Source: Azolla caroliniana (taxonomy: Eukaryota > Plantae > Polypodiophyta). From it: 50,445 nt of DNA. The notes beneath the pieces are model-generated. The model had not been told where the DNA came from, did not search any database, and saw nothing but the letters and a program-made list of their open reading frames with translations. A program made the position numbers and the translations under genes. Where the stretch lies: the NCBI GenBank assembly GCA_043228905.1, contig JBHGNT010000220.1, positions 1 to 50,445 on the forward strand, read 5' to 3'. Position 1 is the stretch's first letter; every line of letters begins with the position of its first letter. Below, one piece after another: positions 12,246-25,100 of this stretch.

Positions 12246-13567
12246 TAATTGAGATTTGCCAGTCATACAAAGGAGTCTGTAGCTATTCTATTGTTCACAA
12301 ATGGTTACTTCAAAAAACACATCATTATGATCAACTCAAAATCATGATGCGTCACTCTTATAGAATTTGCATTTGAATTCGTTGCACTATTGTACATTTC
12401 CATCTTACGTCTCTTATATATATTTAGATGTAAAAGGTTGGCAACCCTACATTTGTTTGAATGCTCTATTTTGATGCTCAAAACCTTGAGATGGGGCAAA
12501 CTGGAGTAAAAGCATAAATTAGAGGGCGGCCGTTTTGAGGGGCAAGGTTAGCTTTAATTAAGTTATTTAATTAAGCTAACCCTATACCATTTAAAAAGAC
12601 ATTGTATATTTTTAACGATTCTGTTAATATACAGGGCTGATATAAATTTCAGATCTTTTTTATTTGTTAATAATAAGATGATTAATGGGATTTATATTAT
12701 TATTGGTCGTTTTATATCAATGAGCTTGTCTTATAATCATTCATACATAGTAGTTGTGTTAGACTAAGCTAATTGTTTATATTTGCTTCTGAAACAAAAT
12801 CCGTGATACAGAGTTAGTTTAGTGGCTAAATCAAAAAATTCTTTGCCACCTTCCACAAAAACAAGATATAATTATGTATTCCAGTGGATTAGGATTGATT
12901 AGGATTTAAGTTGTATCCAGACAGTACATCAATTGAGATTAGTAATCTGTGACCACAGACATTGCTTGCAATGTGAAATAAATGATTGAAATGTTATCAC
13001 AATCACAGAAAAATTGTTTATACTTCTTTTCTAGTCATCAACATCTTTTTTATTTGAAATTGAAAGTCAGATTCTGATTATTTGATTCTCTGGAAATGCG
13101 CATTTGCTCATTTGCCTAGGAAGATTTTGAAACTCACTTATGTGCTCTGTGGTGTAGTCAAAGCCAAGTCAAAGAAGAAGCAGAATGATCTCCAACATCA
13201 GAGTAGTATATACGTATCAGCAAGAACATTATGTAGATCTTGCAATTTTCTGATGGGTGCTAAACCATATATCATAAACACAATTTGGGCATTTGTCTAT
13301 TCTAAGAGCACTACCAACTGGTTAGATCTCAATAGTACCCAGAGTTAATTCTCTGCACATATTACAGGTGCTACTTCCATTCATTAACTTTGGTAGTGTG
13401 GTGCAAAATTCGAAGTTTTTGTTCATTTGCTATTCTTGGATGATGATGCCCCTACTTTGCTCGAGTCCATGCATCATGCCAAAGCTTAGTTTGCTCACCG
13501 TCTAAATACAGACATTAGACATCAAGCTTCATGACAGCTGGTTTTTCAGTGTTAAATTAGCTTGAGC

Positions 13568-16382
13568 TCAGTTAATCCCGTAAGCATAGATATTGGACAT
13601 CAAGACATATGCAACCGTTTCATCAGGTTCTAAATCTACCACACGATCAAATACATATTTTCCAAGCTCCACATCACCATGTCTATCGCAAGCACTGAGT
13701 AAACATACCCAACTGAGTACATCAGAGTTGATTAGGACATGCATATTTATAAAATCTTTGAGCCGATCCAAGCTTCCAGCACGACCAAAGAGATCAATAA
13801 ATGTGACATAGTGTTTCTTATTGGGAACCAAGCCATACTTTTCCTTCATTGATTCAAAACATTCTATTCCTTTCTCAATTAGACCTATGTGGCTGAAAGT
13901 GGACAAAACCAAAAGAAACGTGATCTCATCAGGTTCAATTCCAGCTAATAGCATGGTCTCAAACATACATAGACTTGTCATGGTATTCTCTCCATTGGTT
14001 CCAATGCATGAATTCCAAGATACTATATCTGGCTGTGGTAGTCCATCCATCACAACCATAGCATCCACCATGCTTGCACAACATCCATAAGCATAAAGAG
14101 CAGTATTGATCATTGACTTGACACAAGAAAGCCCCGTAGAAACAATATCAAAGTGAATTTGCCTACAAACTTCAAGGTTTGCAGTCAAGCTGCAAGCTTT
14201 CAAGATACAAATTGCTATGACGTCGTCAAAGAAAATATTATACCTTTGGTTTGCATACAACTGCAGGGCCTTGTCGCCTTGTCCTTGCTCAACATATACA
14301 GATAGTATGGCAGTGAATGATGAGACATTGTTTTGTTGTGATATTGTATTGAAAACCATCTCTGCCTCCATAAGGTCACCACATTTCCCATACATGTTCA
14401 GAAGGGTGCTAGCAACCAGTATATCTGATGTAAAGCCCATTCTATCAGCATCAGCATGAAGTCCCTTCCCAATCTCTAAAGCTACTGATTTAGACAATTG
14501 ACCTTCAATCACAACTAACTCTGAGGCCTTTTCTTCTCCAATTTTGGCACATGCTTGAAAGGCAACCATGAATGCATGCTCATCAGGGCTAATGCCTTCC
14601 TTTTGCATCTCAAGGTAAAACTGAAGAACCGTTAACTCTCGGCCTTGTTCGAGATAAACTGAAAGCATTGCTGTCCACGTTACAACATTATGTGTGGTGG
14701 ATCGGACAAAGAATAGATTTTCGGCCTCTTGGATATGCCCACATTTGCCATACATGGTTATAAGGCTGCTGGAAATATAGACATTCGAAACAAAATGATG
14801 CTTTCTAGCTTTGGCATGCAGTGCATGGCCAATTTCGAGGATTGCGTCCTTTTCAAGAAATGTTGAGTATTCTATTTCTAGATGTATATTACATGCTTGA
14901 ATGCTGATTGCAATGGTATGCTGATCTGGACTGACATCATTCCTCGCTATCTTTCCATATAATTGTAATGCCTTATCTGGATGCCCATTTTCTACATATG
15001 CTGACACCATCTCAGTCCAAGATAGGATCTCATGTCTAGATAGCCCACCAAAAATGCTCTCCGCGTCTTCAATTCTCTCACACTTACCTAATAGGCTTAT
15101 GAAAGCACCACCAATGGCAACGTTAGAAACTAAATCTTTCTTCACAATATCATCACAAAAGGCATAAACAAGGTTTAGAAATTTGTCCGGCACCATTTGT
15201 GCGGACAAATGTTGGCAAGCTCGAAGAGCAATCGTGATTGTTTGCTTGCTAACTACCGGCATGCCCTCTTTGTGCATCTCCTTATAAAGCCATAAGGCCT
15301 TAATTGCAAGGCCATGTTCCACATAAACTGAAAGCATCGAATTCCATAAGATTACATCATCATGTTACATATGAAATCGCACCACATTTGCCATACATGC
15401 GTACAAGGGCACTGCTGAGAAACACATTATAGGAAACTGAAACCGAAGCTTGAGAATGCAATGCCTGACCAATGTTTAGGGCAACCACGGCCTTCGTATG
15501 TGAACATGCCCTATTAATCTCATGTATGACTTCGTCACCATGTGGACATGGCACACTCTCCTCTGCAAGGCATCCACAAGCCTTGAGAGCAAGAATAAGC
15601 AATGGTTCAAATGTACCTTGATCTTCAGCCAAGATTTGCCGATAAAGCATTATCGCCCTTGCACCTTGACCATCATCTAGATATGCTGAAAGCATTGCAC
15701 TCCATGAGGGCATGTCACGGTGACCAATCTCTAAAAACACTTTTTCCGCTTCTTTGATGCTTCTACATTTCCCATACATATTCACGAGAGAGCAAGCAAC
15801 AAAGGAATCTGAAGCATACCCTTTCTTCTCTGCATATATATGCAAAGTTCTTCCTTCCTTGAGATTGGGTATATCTCCACAAGCTTTAAAGAGCGTAACA
15901 AAAGTGTATAGATCAGGTTCCATCCCATCTCTAACCATCATATAGTCATAGCTTTCCAGAGCTTCTAATGGCTTTCCAAGGTCTACATAAGCAGAGATGA
16001 TAGCTGTCCAAGCAAAGATGGATTTCTGTTGCAAACAATAATGAAGCAAATATTGAGCATCTTCAATAGCACCGCATTTTGCTAGAGAGAGGAGAAGCGT
16101 CTCGCCCAATACAAAGTTGAACTGAATTCCACGGAAGATAATGTAAGTATAGACGAGATGGATCGTGGAGGGGTCTTGAACGTGTCTTTTTCTGCATAGA
16201 TTGAGCAAAGAAGTAACCATTTCTGAGGATGAAGAGAAGACATCGAGACCTTCTTTGAGGTTTCTTGGATTGTATAGGTGAGCTTGGTTCTTCTTCTGAG
16301 GAGGAGGAGGAGCAGGAAGAGAGCAGAGAGATGGGGATATCCCCGATGAAAGGGATGCAGACCTAATCCAACGAGGTACCAT
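13568..16382 (-). pseudogene. PLS-E class PPR gene split into two ORFs (16382-15360 and 15337-13568) by a frameshifting internal deletion; pseudogene, split gene or assembly error
   Basis: Both ORFs are continuous PLS arrays. The upstream frame ends MYGKCGAISYVT* and another frame resumes HDDVILWNSMLSVY, missing the usual EAExVFxxI segment. The C-terminus is an E-type motif (SWVCLLSACDRHGDVELG...YVLMSNIYA) with no DYW domain. Confidence 0.8.
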
Positions 16383-18289
16383 ATCTCCTGCATCCCTTCA
16401 GTAGCTTCTCTCATCATTCCGAAGAAGAGAGAGAAGAGAGAGAGCTGCTGTTTAGCATGAGTGGCTCTGAAAAACAGAGTGAGTGAGAGGCAATACACAA
16501 GACACGCAGAGGAGGGGGAGGGGCATTTTGGGAATTTTGTTGAAAGTATGACGGAATGGGTTACCCCCATTCCCAAAATCTCATTGGAATCTTTGGGCGC
16601 GCAAAGCCCGACTACTGATCAAGGCAAACAGGACAAACCCAGATACACGGACACATTGGCTCTTTTGCCAATACAATACCATGTGTGTGGTGTCATGGAT
16701 GTGCCAACGAGAAAGACATCGTAGGAGTCACTTTGTGTACGTGCGTTGTCCCGTTCGCCACTCTTTTGAGGAGTTGGAGTAGGCAGCACAATACCCTTGC
16801 GGTGAAACAAGGATTCCCACACATCACCCGATTATGCATTGCATGTATAACCGATGACTATGTAGACTAGTTGTTGGAAGAAAAATGACCTTAGTATTAC
16901 TATGATTCTTGCACCTTTGTCCTCTTATATGCTTGAGATATTTTGCTAATTTGGGGCTTCTAAGTTCTCATGTGGATTCCATGATCATTTTGATGTTTGG
17001 CGTGCATTCCATGAAGAGAAATATCTCTTTGTGAATTTAATGAATACCTGTTTGATGATAGTTGGCCGCACTCAAATGTGGGTAAGTACTCATGTAAGAT
17101 CGTTAGGTTAGATTCAACAAGAATAAGGCGGAAGGCACAATATTATAACTCGGTCTTGAGGGTGATATTCACACAATCACAAATTTCGACATTGTCGTAA
17201 CACGTTTGAATATTTGTTGTGGAATTTTCTATGTTCATTGTTGATCTAGAAAGGGGCATATATGCATATGTATCATCCATCAAGTTAGATATACAGTCAT
17301 TGTATTATTTTATTAATGAATGCAACTTTGGTGTGGGGTTGCAACTATATATTGTATTCCTTTGGGCACCGATGAACTTTACTTTTTTGTCATGTACAAT
17401 CAAGAGCCTTCCTCAATTTCGTTTTCCCAACCTTGTATCTTTGAAAACTTGATCCCCAAAATGTATTCAAACCATGACATTAACATTTCTTTGATAATAT
17501 TTTCTATTATTAAGGGCATGTGTATGCTTGTGCCGATCATAATAGGTGGTTATCTCCACTAGTTCTCGTACTTGTTTCTACATATGACTTGCATTCATTG
17601 CTTGTTTATGAGTAATGTAGTGTTCTGTACATTATATTATTACAATGCCAATGTACATGGAAAGTATTTTAATTACAAACAATGCAAGTGCTATGCTTTT
17701 AGGACTTCAAAGGATGATGGCACCAACTACGATTGTGGGTCTCATGGTTCGAAGATGAGATTGAAGAGTTCTATGGAACAGAATGGCAGAAAACAAATGA
17801 ATGAATTAGTGTGACTTAATAATTTCCGAATTAGGCGGATGAGGCCAATAAATTGTTCCTATTTTCATTCCATAAAATATCATGGTTTTTGACATGCTTC
17901 CAACCTCGGAACCTGGAGGACTAGATATTACATTGGCTCAAAAGGCACCAATATAGGGCTAAATATAAAGGAAAGGTAAGTAGGTAGCATCCATGTTTGA
18001 ATTTGATAATTTTGTGAATTCTATATTCTTGCTCAACCAAAAATGCTCAAATTCATGTTGTGGATCAAGTTAAGACCTTTTGGGAGTTATTGATACATAC
18101 AGTAAAAGGTGAGTATGATAGTTATAAGGGTTATGGAAATAAAGCTAACCGGAAAAGAAGAAGAATTCGTAGAATTTGGGCAGTTATTCCTATTTTGTTG
18201 GATGTAGGTGATGATGTAAAGTGGAATTACGTTCCACCTCGGTTGTTGTTTCTGCCACCAGTGTCGTTCTTAGTGCATACAACATGGCA

Positions 18290-19190
18290 AGGATGACTGA
18301 GGATGTTGTTGACGGTCGAAGCAAATGTTCATAAGGGCAGTTCATTCATTTTGTTTGTTGTCGATACAGGAATTAGTGAAAATGGCAAGAGGGTTGTTGT
18401 GGAAGCTGATTTAGGTATTATAATTGCTAGAACGATGAATGAAGACGGCGACGGAGGCAAATACAAATTTTCATCATGGTCTGAGGAATGTATATATACA
18501 GAATTCGAGTGATGAATGGCAAGATGGTTGTAGTGGAAAATGAAGCAGATCTATTTTGAAAGGATGAGTGAAGATGGTGGCGGAGGTGGAAGCAAGGTTT
18601 CATGAGAGGTTGAGGAGAGTGGATTCATTCTAGTTTTTGTAGGTACCGGACTTGGGCGCTGAATATCAGGATGCTTGTAGTGGAAACTGAAGCTAATTTA
18701 ATTTTGGAAGGATGAGTGAAGATGGTGGTGGAGGTAGAAGCAAGATTTCATGAGGGTTTGAGGAGAGCGGATTCATTCTGTTTTTTTGTAGGTACAGGAC
18801 TCGGGTGATGAATGACAACAAGATTTTCATGCAAAATGGAGAGAGAGTTGATGTGGATGTTTGCGAAGCATTTTTAGTTATTTTCAGTTTTCAGAATGAT
18901 GAGTGAAGATGGTGGCGGAGGTAGAAGCAAGGTTTTATGACAGCGAGGAGAGTGGATTAATTCTGTTTTCTGTAGGTACAGGAAATTGTTGAAAATGGAG
19001 AGATACACGACTTGGGCAAACACTGGCAAGATGGAGGAATTTCAAGGAAAATGGAGAGATGGCTGATGTGGAAATATTTGAAGCACATTTTTTGTTTTTA
19101 GTTCATACAACGATGAGCGAAGATGGTGGATTTTAGTGAGGCAGAAACAATTTTTAGTGAGGGTCTAAGGAGAGTGGATTTTAGTAGAGA
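18290..19190. repeat. Degenerate tandem repeat, about six copies of a 130-215-bp unit
   Basis: The core GATGAGTGAAGATGGTGGCGGAGGT(A/G)GAAGCAAG...GAGGAGAGTGGATT...TTTTGTAGGTAC recurs near 18563, 18712 and 18897, with more diverged copies near 18292, 18433 and 19112. Confidence 0.85.
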
Positions 19191-19262
19191 ACTAGTATTT
19201 TCATATGCTCGAGGAAATTAAGATTCTTGCTCACATGAATCGTGAGAATGTTCCTGCAGTGA

Positions 19263-19613
<351 letters not shown>

Positions 19614-19639
19614 TCACAAAGAAAGGTTTTTTGTTTTCC

Positions 19640-20370
19640 AATGGTTACAATCAATCCATTTTTTTTCCAATAATGTATAATAGCCAAGGCCAAAAAACAT
19701 CTTATTGTCATCTCATACAAAAAACATTTAGATATGTAACATGATCTTTGGGTACATATGCAACAAGCATATTATTTTCCATTTGCTAATCTAGACAAAT
19801 GATTGGCAATTGCCAAAATGCTCTCTGTCAAGGGCAATAACATTACAAAATGTTGCATAACATTTGCATTGATTTCACAAAAGATATACAGTGCCATGTA
19901 CCGCTACTGTGTTATCTTGTTCAATACGAGGGAGTCTAGACAATGCACCATCGAATCAATTCCTTTAAACCAAAGTTTTGGGTGGCCATAATTTCCAATT
20001 AGAAATATAAACACATGATTTAACTCTTTCCTTGCTTGAGGGAATGAACTTAATGGCGCAAAGCACAAACTTTTCCCATATTTCGATCTACGAAGATTGA
20101 TATGTCATCAATATATAAACTCATCCACTTCGAAGGCCCATTCCCCAAACACGTGGTAATGACAAGTACATATTTGCGCTACGAGTTTGACACTATATTT
20201 GCTAGTTTTTTGATGAGCCAACCATTCATGACTTACATGGATTCTTATGAGCTATTCTCGCATTCGACGAGCGATGGCATCGTAATTATGGATCAATTTG
20301 ACCGCGTTTACTTTGTGGAGAGCAATTCACAAATTCACGGAAGAGAAGAGTTTATGGTGACATAATACAT
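19640..20370 (-). mobile_element. Probable degenerate LINE (L1-type) ORF2 C-terminal fragment, zf-RVT-like
   Basis: Frameshifted minus-strand pieces WKLWPPK..., RLPRI, IFCEINANVMQHF and CP*QRAFWQ resemble the WKxxxPPK...RLPT...CxxC...H...CP.A...W pattern of plant L1 elements. Heavily decayed; boundaries are approximate. Confidence 0.4.
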
Positions 20371-22132
20371 TGGTAGTAGGGTCATGTTTTAAGAAAATAT
20401 ATAATTGGCTTTTGGGGGGGGGGGGGGGGTGGGATTGACGGCGATGAAAACGATCGTTAGGGATAACTGACGGTGCCGTGAAATGGGGGGGGGGGGTTGT
20501 TTAACTAAGGTTAGATATTAACGCTGGTTAAATATTAACTCTGGTTAAAGGAACCCCAGTTTGAGGCTGACACCTCTGGCTTCTCCTTCTCCTTCTCCTT
20601 CTCCTTCTGCTGCTGCTGCTGCTGCTGCTTTCATCGCTCCTGCCTTCTTTCGACTGCTTTCATCCTTCCAGCCTTCTGCTGCTCGACGAAGCGACTGAAT
20701 CACAGTCGACAGATCATTCTTCTCTGGTACCGACTCCTCCCTCCCTCCCTCTCTCGCTTTCTTCTCTTCCCTGTTAAGATTTTTCTCTATCTTTAGTCTA
20801 TATATATATCCTTTTTTTTTTGTTTGTTTTTCTTGCCTCTGAGCGATGTATCTATCTTGAATATCTCCTTCGCTCACGGGACCCAGATTTTTCTTGAAAC
20901 GCAGAAAAATCCCTGTTTTTATTGCCTCTGAGGTGAGAGGTGCATCATCTTCGCTCCTTTGAAAGTGAAAGACTTTTTATTTTTTTATTTTTTTATTGTT
21001 TCTGAGAGGTTCCTGCCAGAAGGCGTTTTGTGTTCACAGAATATTTGTCTTTGGCTTAGGAAAGGGACTAAGGAGCTTCTCTGGAAAAAAAACAGCAGAC
21101 AGAGAACGAAGCTTTTCTCTTATCCTTGTTGCACAAGCTTATTGCAGAAAAAAGGCAACCTTTTTGTTGCTTTTATTACAGAAGCTTGCCCAATCGGCTT
21201 TGTCTTGGTAAAGAGAGAAGTTCTTTAGTGTTATCCAAGGATCGTGTTGCATTGATTTTGGCTCAGCAGTGTTTATCGAAGCTATTTCGTCAGCATTTTC
21301 TTGGAAAACAGAAAAATAGGAGGGTTTTACTGGTGTTCTGTTTATAAAATCTCATGAAATTGCCTTCGGCTTGGTAAAAAGTGAAGTTTTTGTTCTTTTC
21401 CTAGAAACATTGGCTCATTTACATTATCTTTGTTTCCGAGAGAGAAGCTTTACCTGAGAAGCTTTGTTTGATTCACATGATCGAGTTTCTACTTGGGAAG
21501 GCCAGAAGCTTTTTAGTTGACCTCAAAAGGTTATTTCCGAGAATCTGCTTATTAGTTCACATCATCATCATCAAATTTGGCTTGGGAAAAGACAATTTTT
21601 TTTATTGCATTTCTGGGTATTGAGTAGGAGTATTCCATCAACTTGTACACAGCTTTTCCATCTGCATGTATTGGATTAGAGGATAGCTAACTTCTAAGGA
21701 GAGGCCATTGTATTCAAGTGTAACCTCTTTTTTCCAAGACAATCAGCAAACGTTTGTTATAGATCTCATGTATGAAAACAATGTCGGATGATGCCAGTTG
21801 CAGAAGAAGATAATGTTCAGACTGGAAATCCAGAGGACACTGCTCTTGTTTTCCTTCTCTCCTGCAGAGCTTCAAAGCATTCCAGGGGTCATCCATATAT
21901 TGTTGGGATAACAGTTTATGAAGCTAGAAATAAACCAGCTGGAAATCAACAAGGAAGGAGCATGGAAATAGAAATCAACAAGGAAGGAGCATGTGTTTCT
22001 TTTCTACTACCTCATAGTTATTTTTAGGATTTCATGGTGGTTGTTGGAGCTGACGACACTAACCTGTGCATTTTCTCTTGGATACATACACATTGCAATA
22101 TTTTTATGGTGCTTAAAATATAGCCCAAGTTC

Positions 22133-25100
22133 ATGGCACCAGCACGAAAGAAAAGCGTAAAGGCTGTTGCTGTCGCAGCATCAAACCTTGTCTGGAACAC
22201 AGGAGAACTCGTCCTCGCCAAAGTCAAAGGACATCCATGGTGGCCTGCCAAGGTACATGACCCATTTCTTGTATATGAATGGCTGATTGTGTCAGTCTCA
22301 AAAAACTTGGAAAAAGCCATTCTCAAATTGGAAAAAGTAATTCATGGAGTCCTGCATGGAATTGCTTATTGATCTCATCTCTATTTTATCGTTTAGTTTG
22401 CCTCAAGATGAATGCATTCTAAATTTCCCTTTGCAGATTAGTGTTCCAGAAGAGTTTGGCTTCACCAAGGATCGGAAGAAATTGTTTGTTTATTTTTTTG
22501 GAACACAGCAGATGTGAGTTATTTACATTTCTACGCTTGCATGGCATGTGTTTGTATCTGATTGTAACAATTAGACATTTTGAATGCTTCTTGTAGAGGA
22601 TTTGTTCAACCAGCAGACGTGAAGGGCTTTACCTCTGAAACGAAGAAAAGTCTTCTTGCAAAAGTCAAAGGTAAGAACTTGTTATCAGACTTCGGTCGAG
22701 CAGTGAAAGAAATCTGTGACGCAGATGAAGGCCTAGTTGATTCTGATAATGATGATTCTCAAGAAGAGACTGAGGAGGCAACAAATCAGAAGGTCGCAGA
22801 CTATGAAGTCATGGACAAAAGCAAAGGTAAGGATACATCAGCGGGTGTTGAATGCAAGCATGCTGATATGTCCACTAAGCTGCCTAAAGATTCGAAGAAT
22901 TACTGGATCGATGGCCTCAATAATGGTTCTACATGTAGAAATGAGAAGCCTGCTGGAGTTCGAAGCAATGTTACTCAAGAAACACACAAAAAGCGACGGA
23001 AAATTATAGTATCTGACGAAGATTCAGATTCAAAAGAGGATTTAGCCGTCAACATCAAGACTACTGTACCTAATCTAAGTCCTGAGATCTCCAAACCTCA
23101 CGTTCAGAATCCAGATGATAAAGCCAAGTTATTGGATAAAGAACAAACTCAGGATGAAGTCATCAGCTCATTTGTTAGTGAACTTAGTCACTCAGTTGAA
23201 TGTGTATCAGATATTCGTGCAAGGAAAAGTAATTCTTCATTAGACAATGAGAAAACTGATGCATGTCAGAGCCTAGAAATTGGAAAATCAACCAACATCA
23301 TCCATGGAAACTTTCCAGAAGAATCAACTCAAGGTGCTTCTAAAAACAGTGGTGCTGCATTAGACTTTGATGAGGAATTACATCAGCAGACATTACTTCC
23401 TAAGAAAAAGCGCAGAGCATCACAGAAACTCGAACTACAAGCTGTTGATAGTGAATCAGAAAAACAGCTAAATTCAATAGACTCCCATGCTCTTGACCAG
23501 GAAGTGCAAGTTAAAGGAATTGTGTCCGAGTATCAACGCAGGAAAAGGGTTCCAGATCTTGCTCAAGAAAAGTCTGAGTTCCGGGTATGGTTGTTTTCTC
23601 ATTGAAATTATATATCCAAATTTTTATATTTTATATTTGATTGATGGTATGCGATTCAACTATTCATTTTCTTTTCTCAAAATATATTGGTTTGTTTTTA
23701 TTTCTAATTGCTTAAAGGTCTTTGGTGATTATATCTTGCAGCAGAGTTCTGTTTCTGTAATTGTGGAGAGAAGTCAAGCTGTTAATACTTCAGAACAAAA
23801 CAAGGAAAAATCTCCAGCCAATCTTTTGAAACGTCAGAAAACATCTAATGAATGTGAATCAAAAACAGTAGACCACAAGGATAAACATGGACATATAAGT
23901 GATAAGGAAGCTGAGAATATTTTATCAAGGGAATCAGAATACACAGTCGATGACAATAAAGACTCACCTGTTCGAAAGAAGGATAGAGCCCATTCGGAGA
24001 AGGATTATCCTGTTCAAGATGAGGTCAAAACTGAAGTGCAGATGGATATGAATGGAGTCATGGTCACTAATGAGAAGCATGTTACAAAATCTAGATTCCT
24101 TGGGGATAGAGATACAAGTCTTCCCCCCAAAGCAGACAAATATCGCATTAGGAGTAGCATTGCTGATGGGGAGGCGGCGCTTCCTCCTTCAAAACGAAGA
24201 CAGCGTGCACTTGAAGCAATGTCTGCATGTGCAGCTGAAGCAGCTGAAGTTGTTGAAGATCAGCAAACGGGAAAGAATATTATGATAAAAGATGACAAAA
24301 TAAGAATGGCAGCTGAGCTCAGCTCCATGCCAAAAACTCATGACTTAGATTCTGCTGTACAGCCTATTCTGTCAGGTCATCAGAAGGTCAATGCTTCACA
24401 ATCGGGGGAGGAAATAGTGAAACATGGAAACCATTTATCCTCTGATAATCATTTAAAATCCAAATCAAGTGCTGGTGTGGGGGTTCTGGATCATAAAAAG
24501 GATAATGACTTGCCATTGCATTCACCAAAGGCATTCGAAAGTGGAAAACCTAAGCAAACAAAGTCTTCAAATCAAAGTAAGGCATCAGAAGGCTTGAGAG
24601 CCAGTACAGAAAAGTTGGATGTGAAACCCAAATTTAAAGCAGCAAAAAACATTCCTGGTACTGAGAAGCTTATTGGAAAACTGCCACATAACTCTGAAAA
24701 ACATCAAGATCAACACATCAAACATGGGAAGCAGCACGAGCACCATCAAGAACAGGCTGGAAAACATGGAAAACATCAGGATACTGCAAGCAAACACTCA
24801 GATGCAACATCAAAGCCACAAGAGCATCATGGCAAGCTGGCAGGGATGAATAATTTGAAGGTTTCTGGTATGCCAAAGGTTCCACTGGATGTGAAACCAG
24901 GACTGAAACAGACAATTAAAGGTGCCAATGCAATGATGAGTAGCCGGTTTGAAATGTTAGGGGCGTCGAAGTTGCAAATAGAGTCGAATCCCAACAAAGT
25001 GAGAGAGGCGTAAGTGTAAAGTGTAACTGTGGTTCTATTTTTTGGCAGTTTCCAATTTCACAAAATTCTAAGGATTGTGTCTGATTACATATTTGTTACA

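Noticed and set aside
12545-12582. AT-rich hairpin GGTTAGCTTTAATTAA...TTAATTAAGCTAACC downstream of HOZ
   Set aside because: Too short for a miRNA precursor, and no TSD or element boundaries could be established.
20545-20877. 110-aa minus-strand ORF with poly-Ala and EG repeats
   Set aside because: It is the antisense read-through of pyrimidine-rich microsatellites in the probable HUA2 leader and has no recognisable domain.
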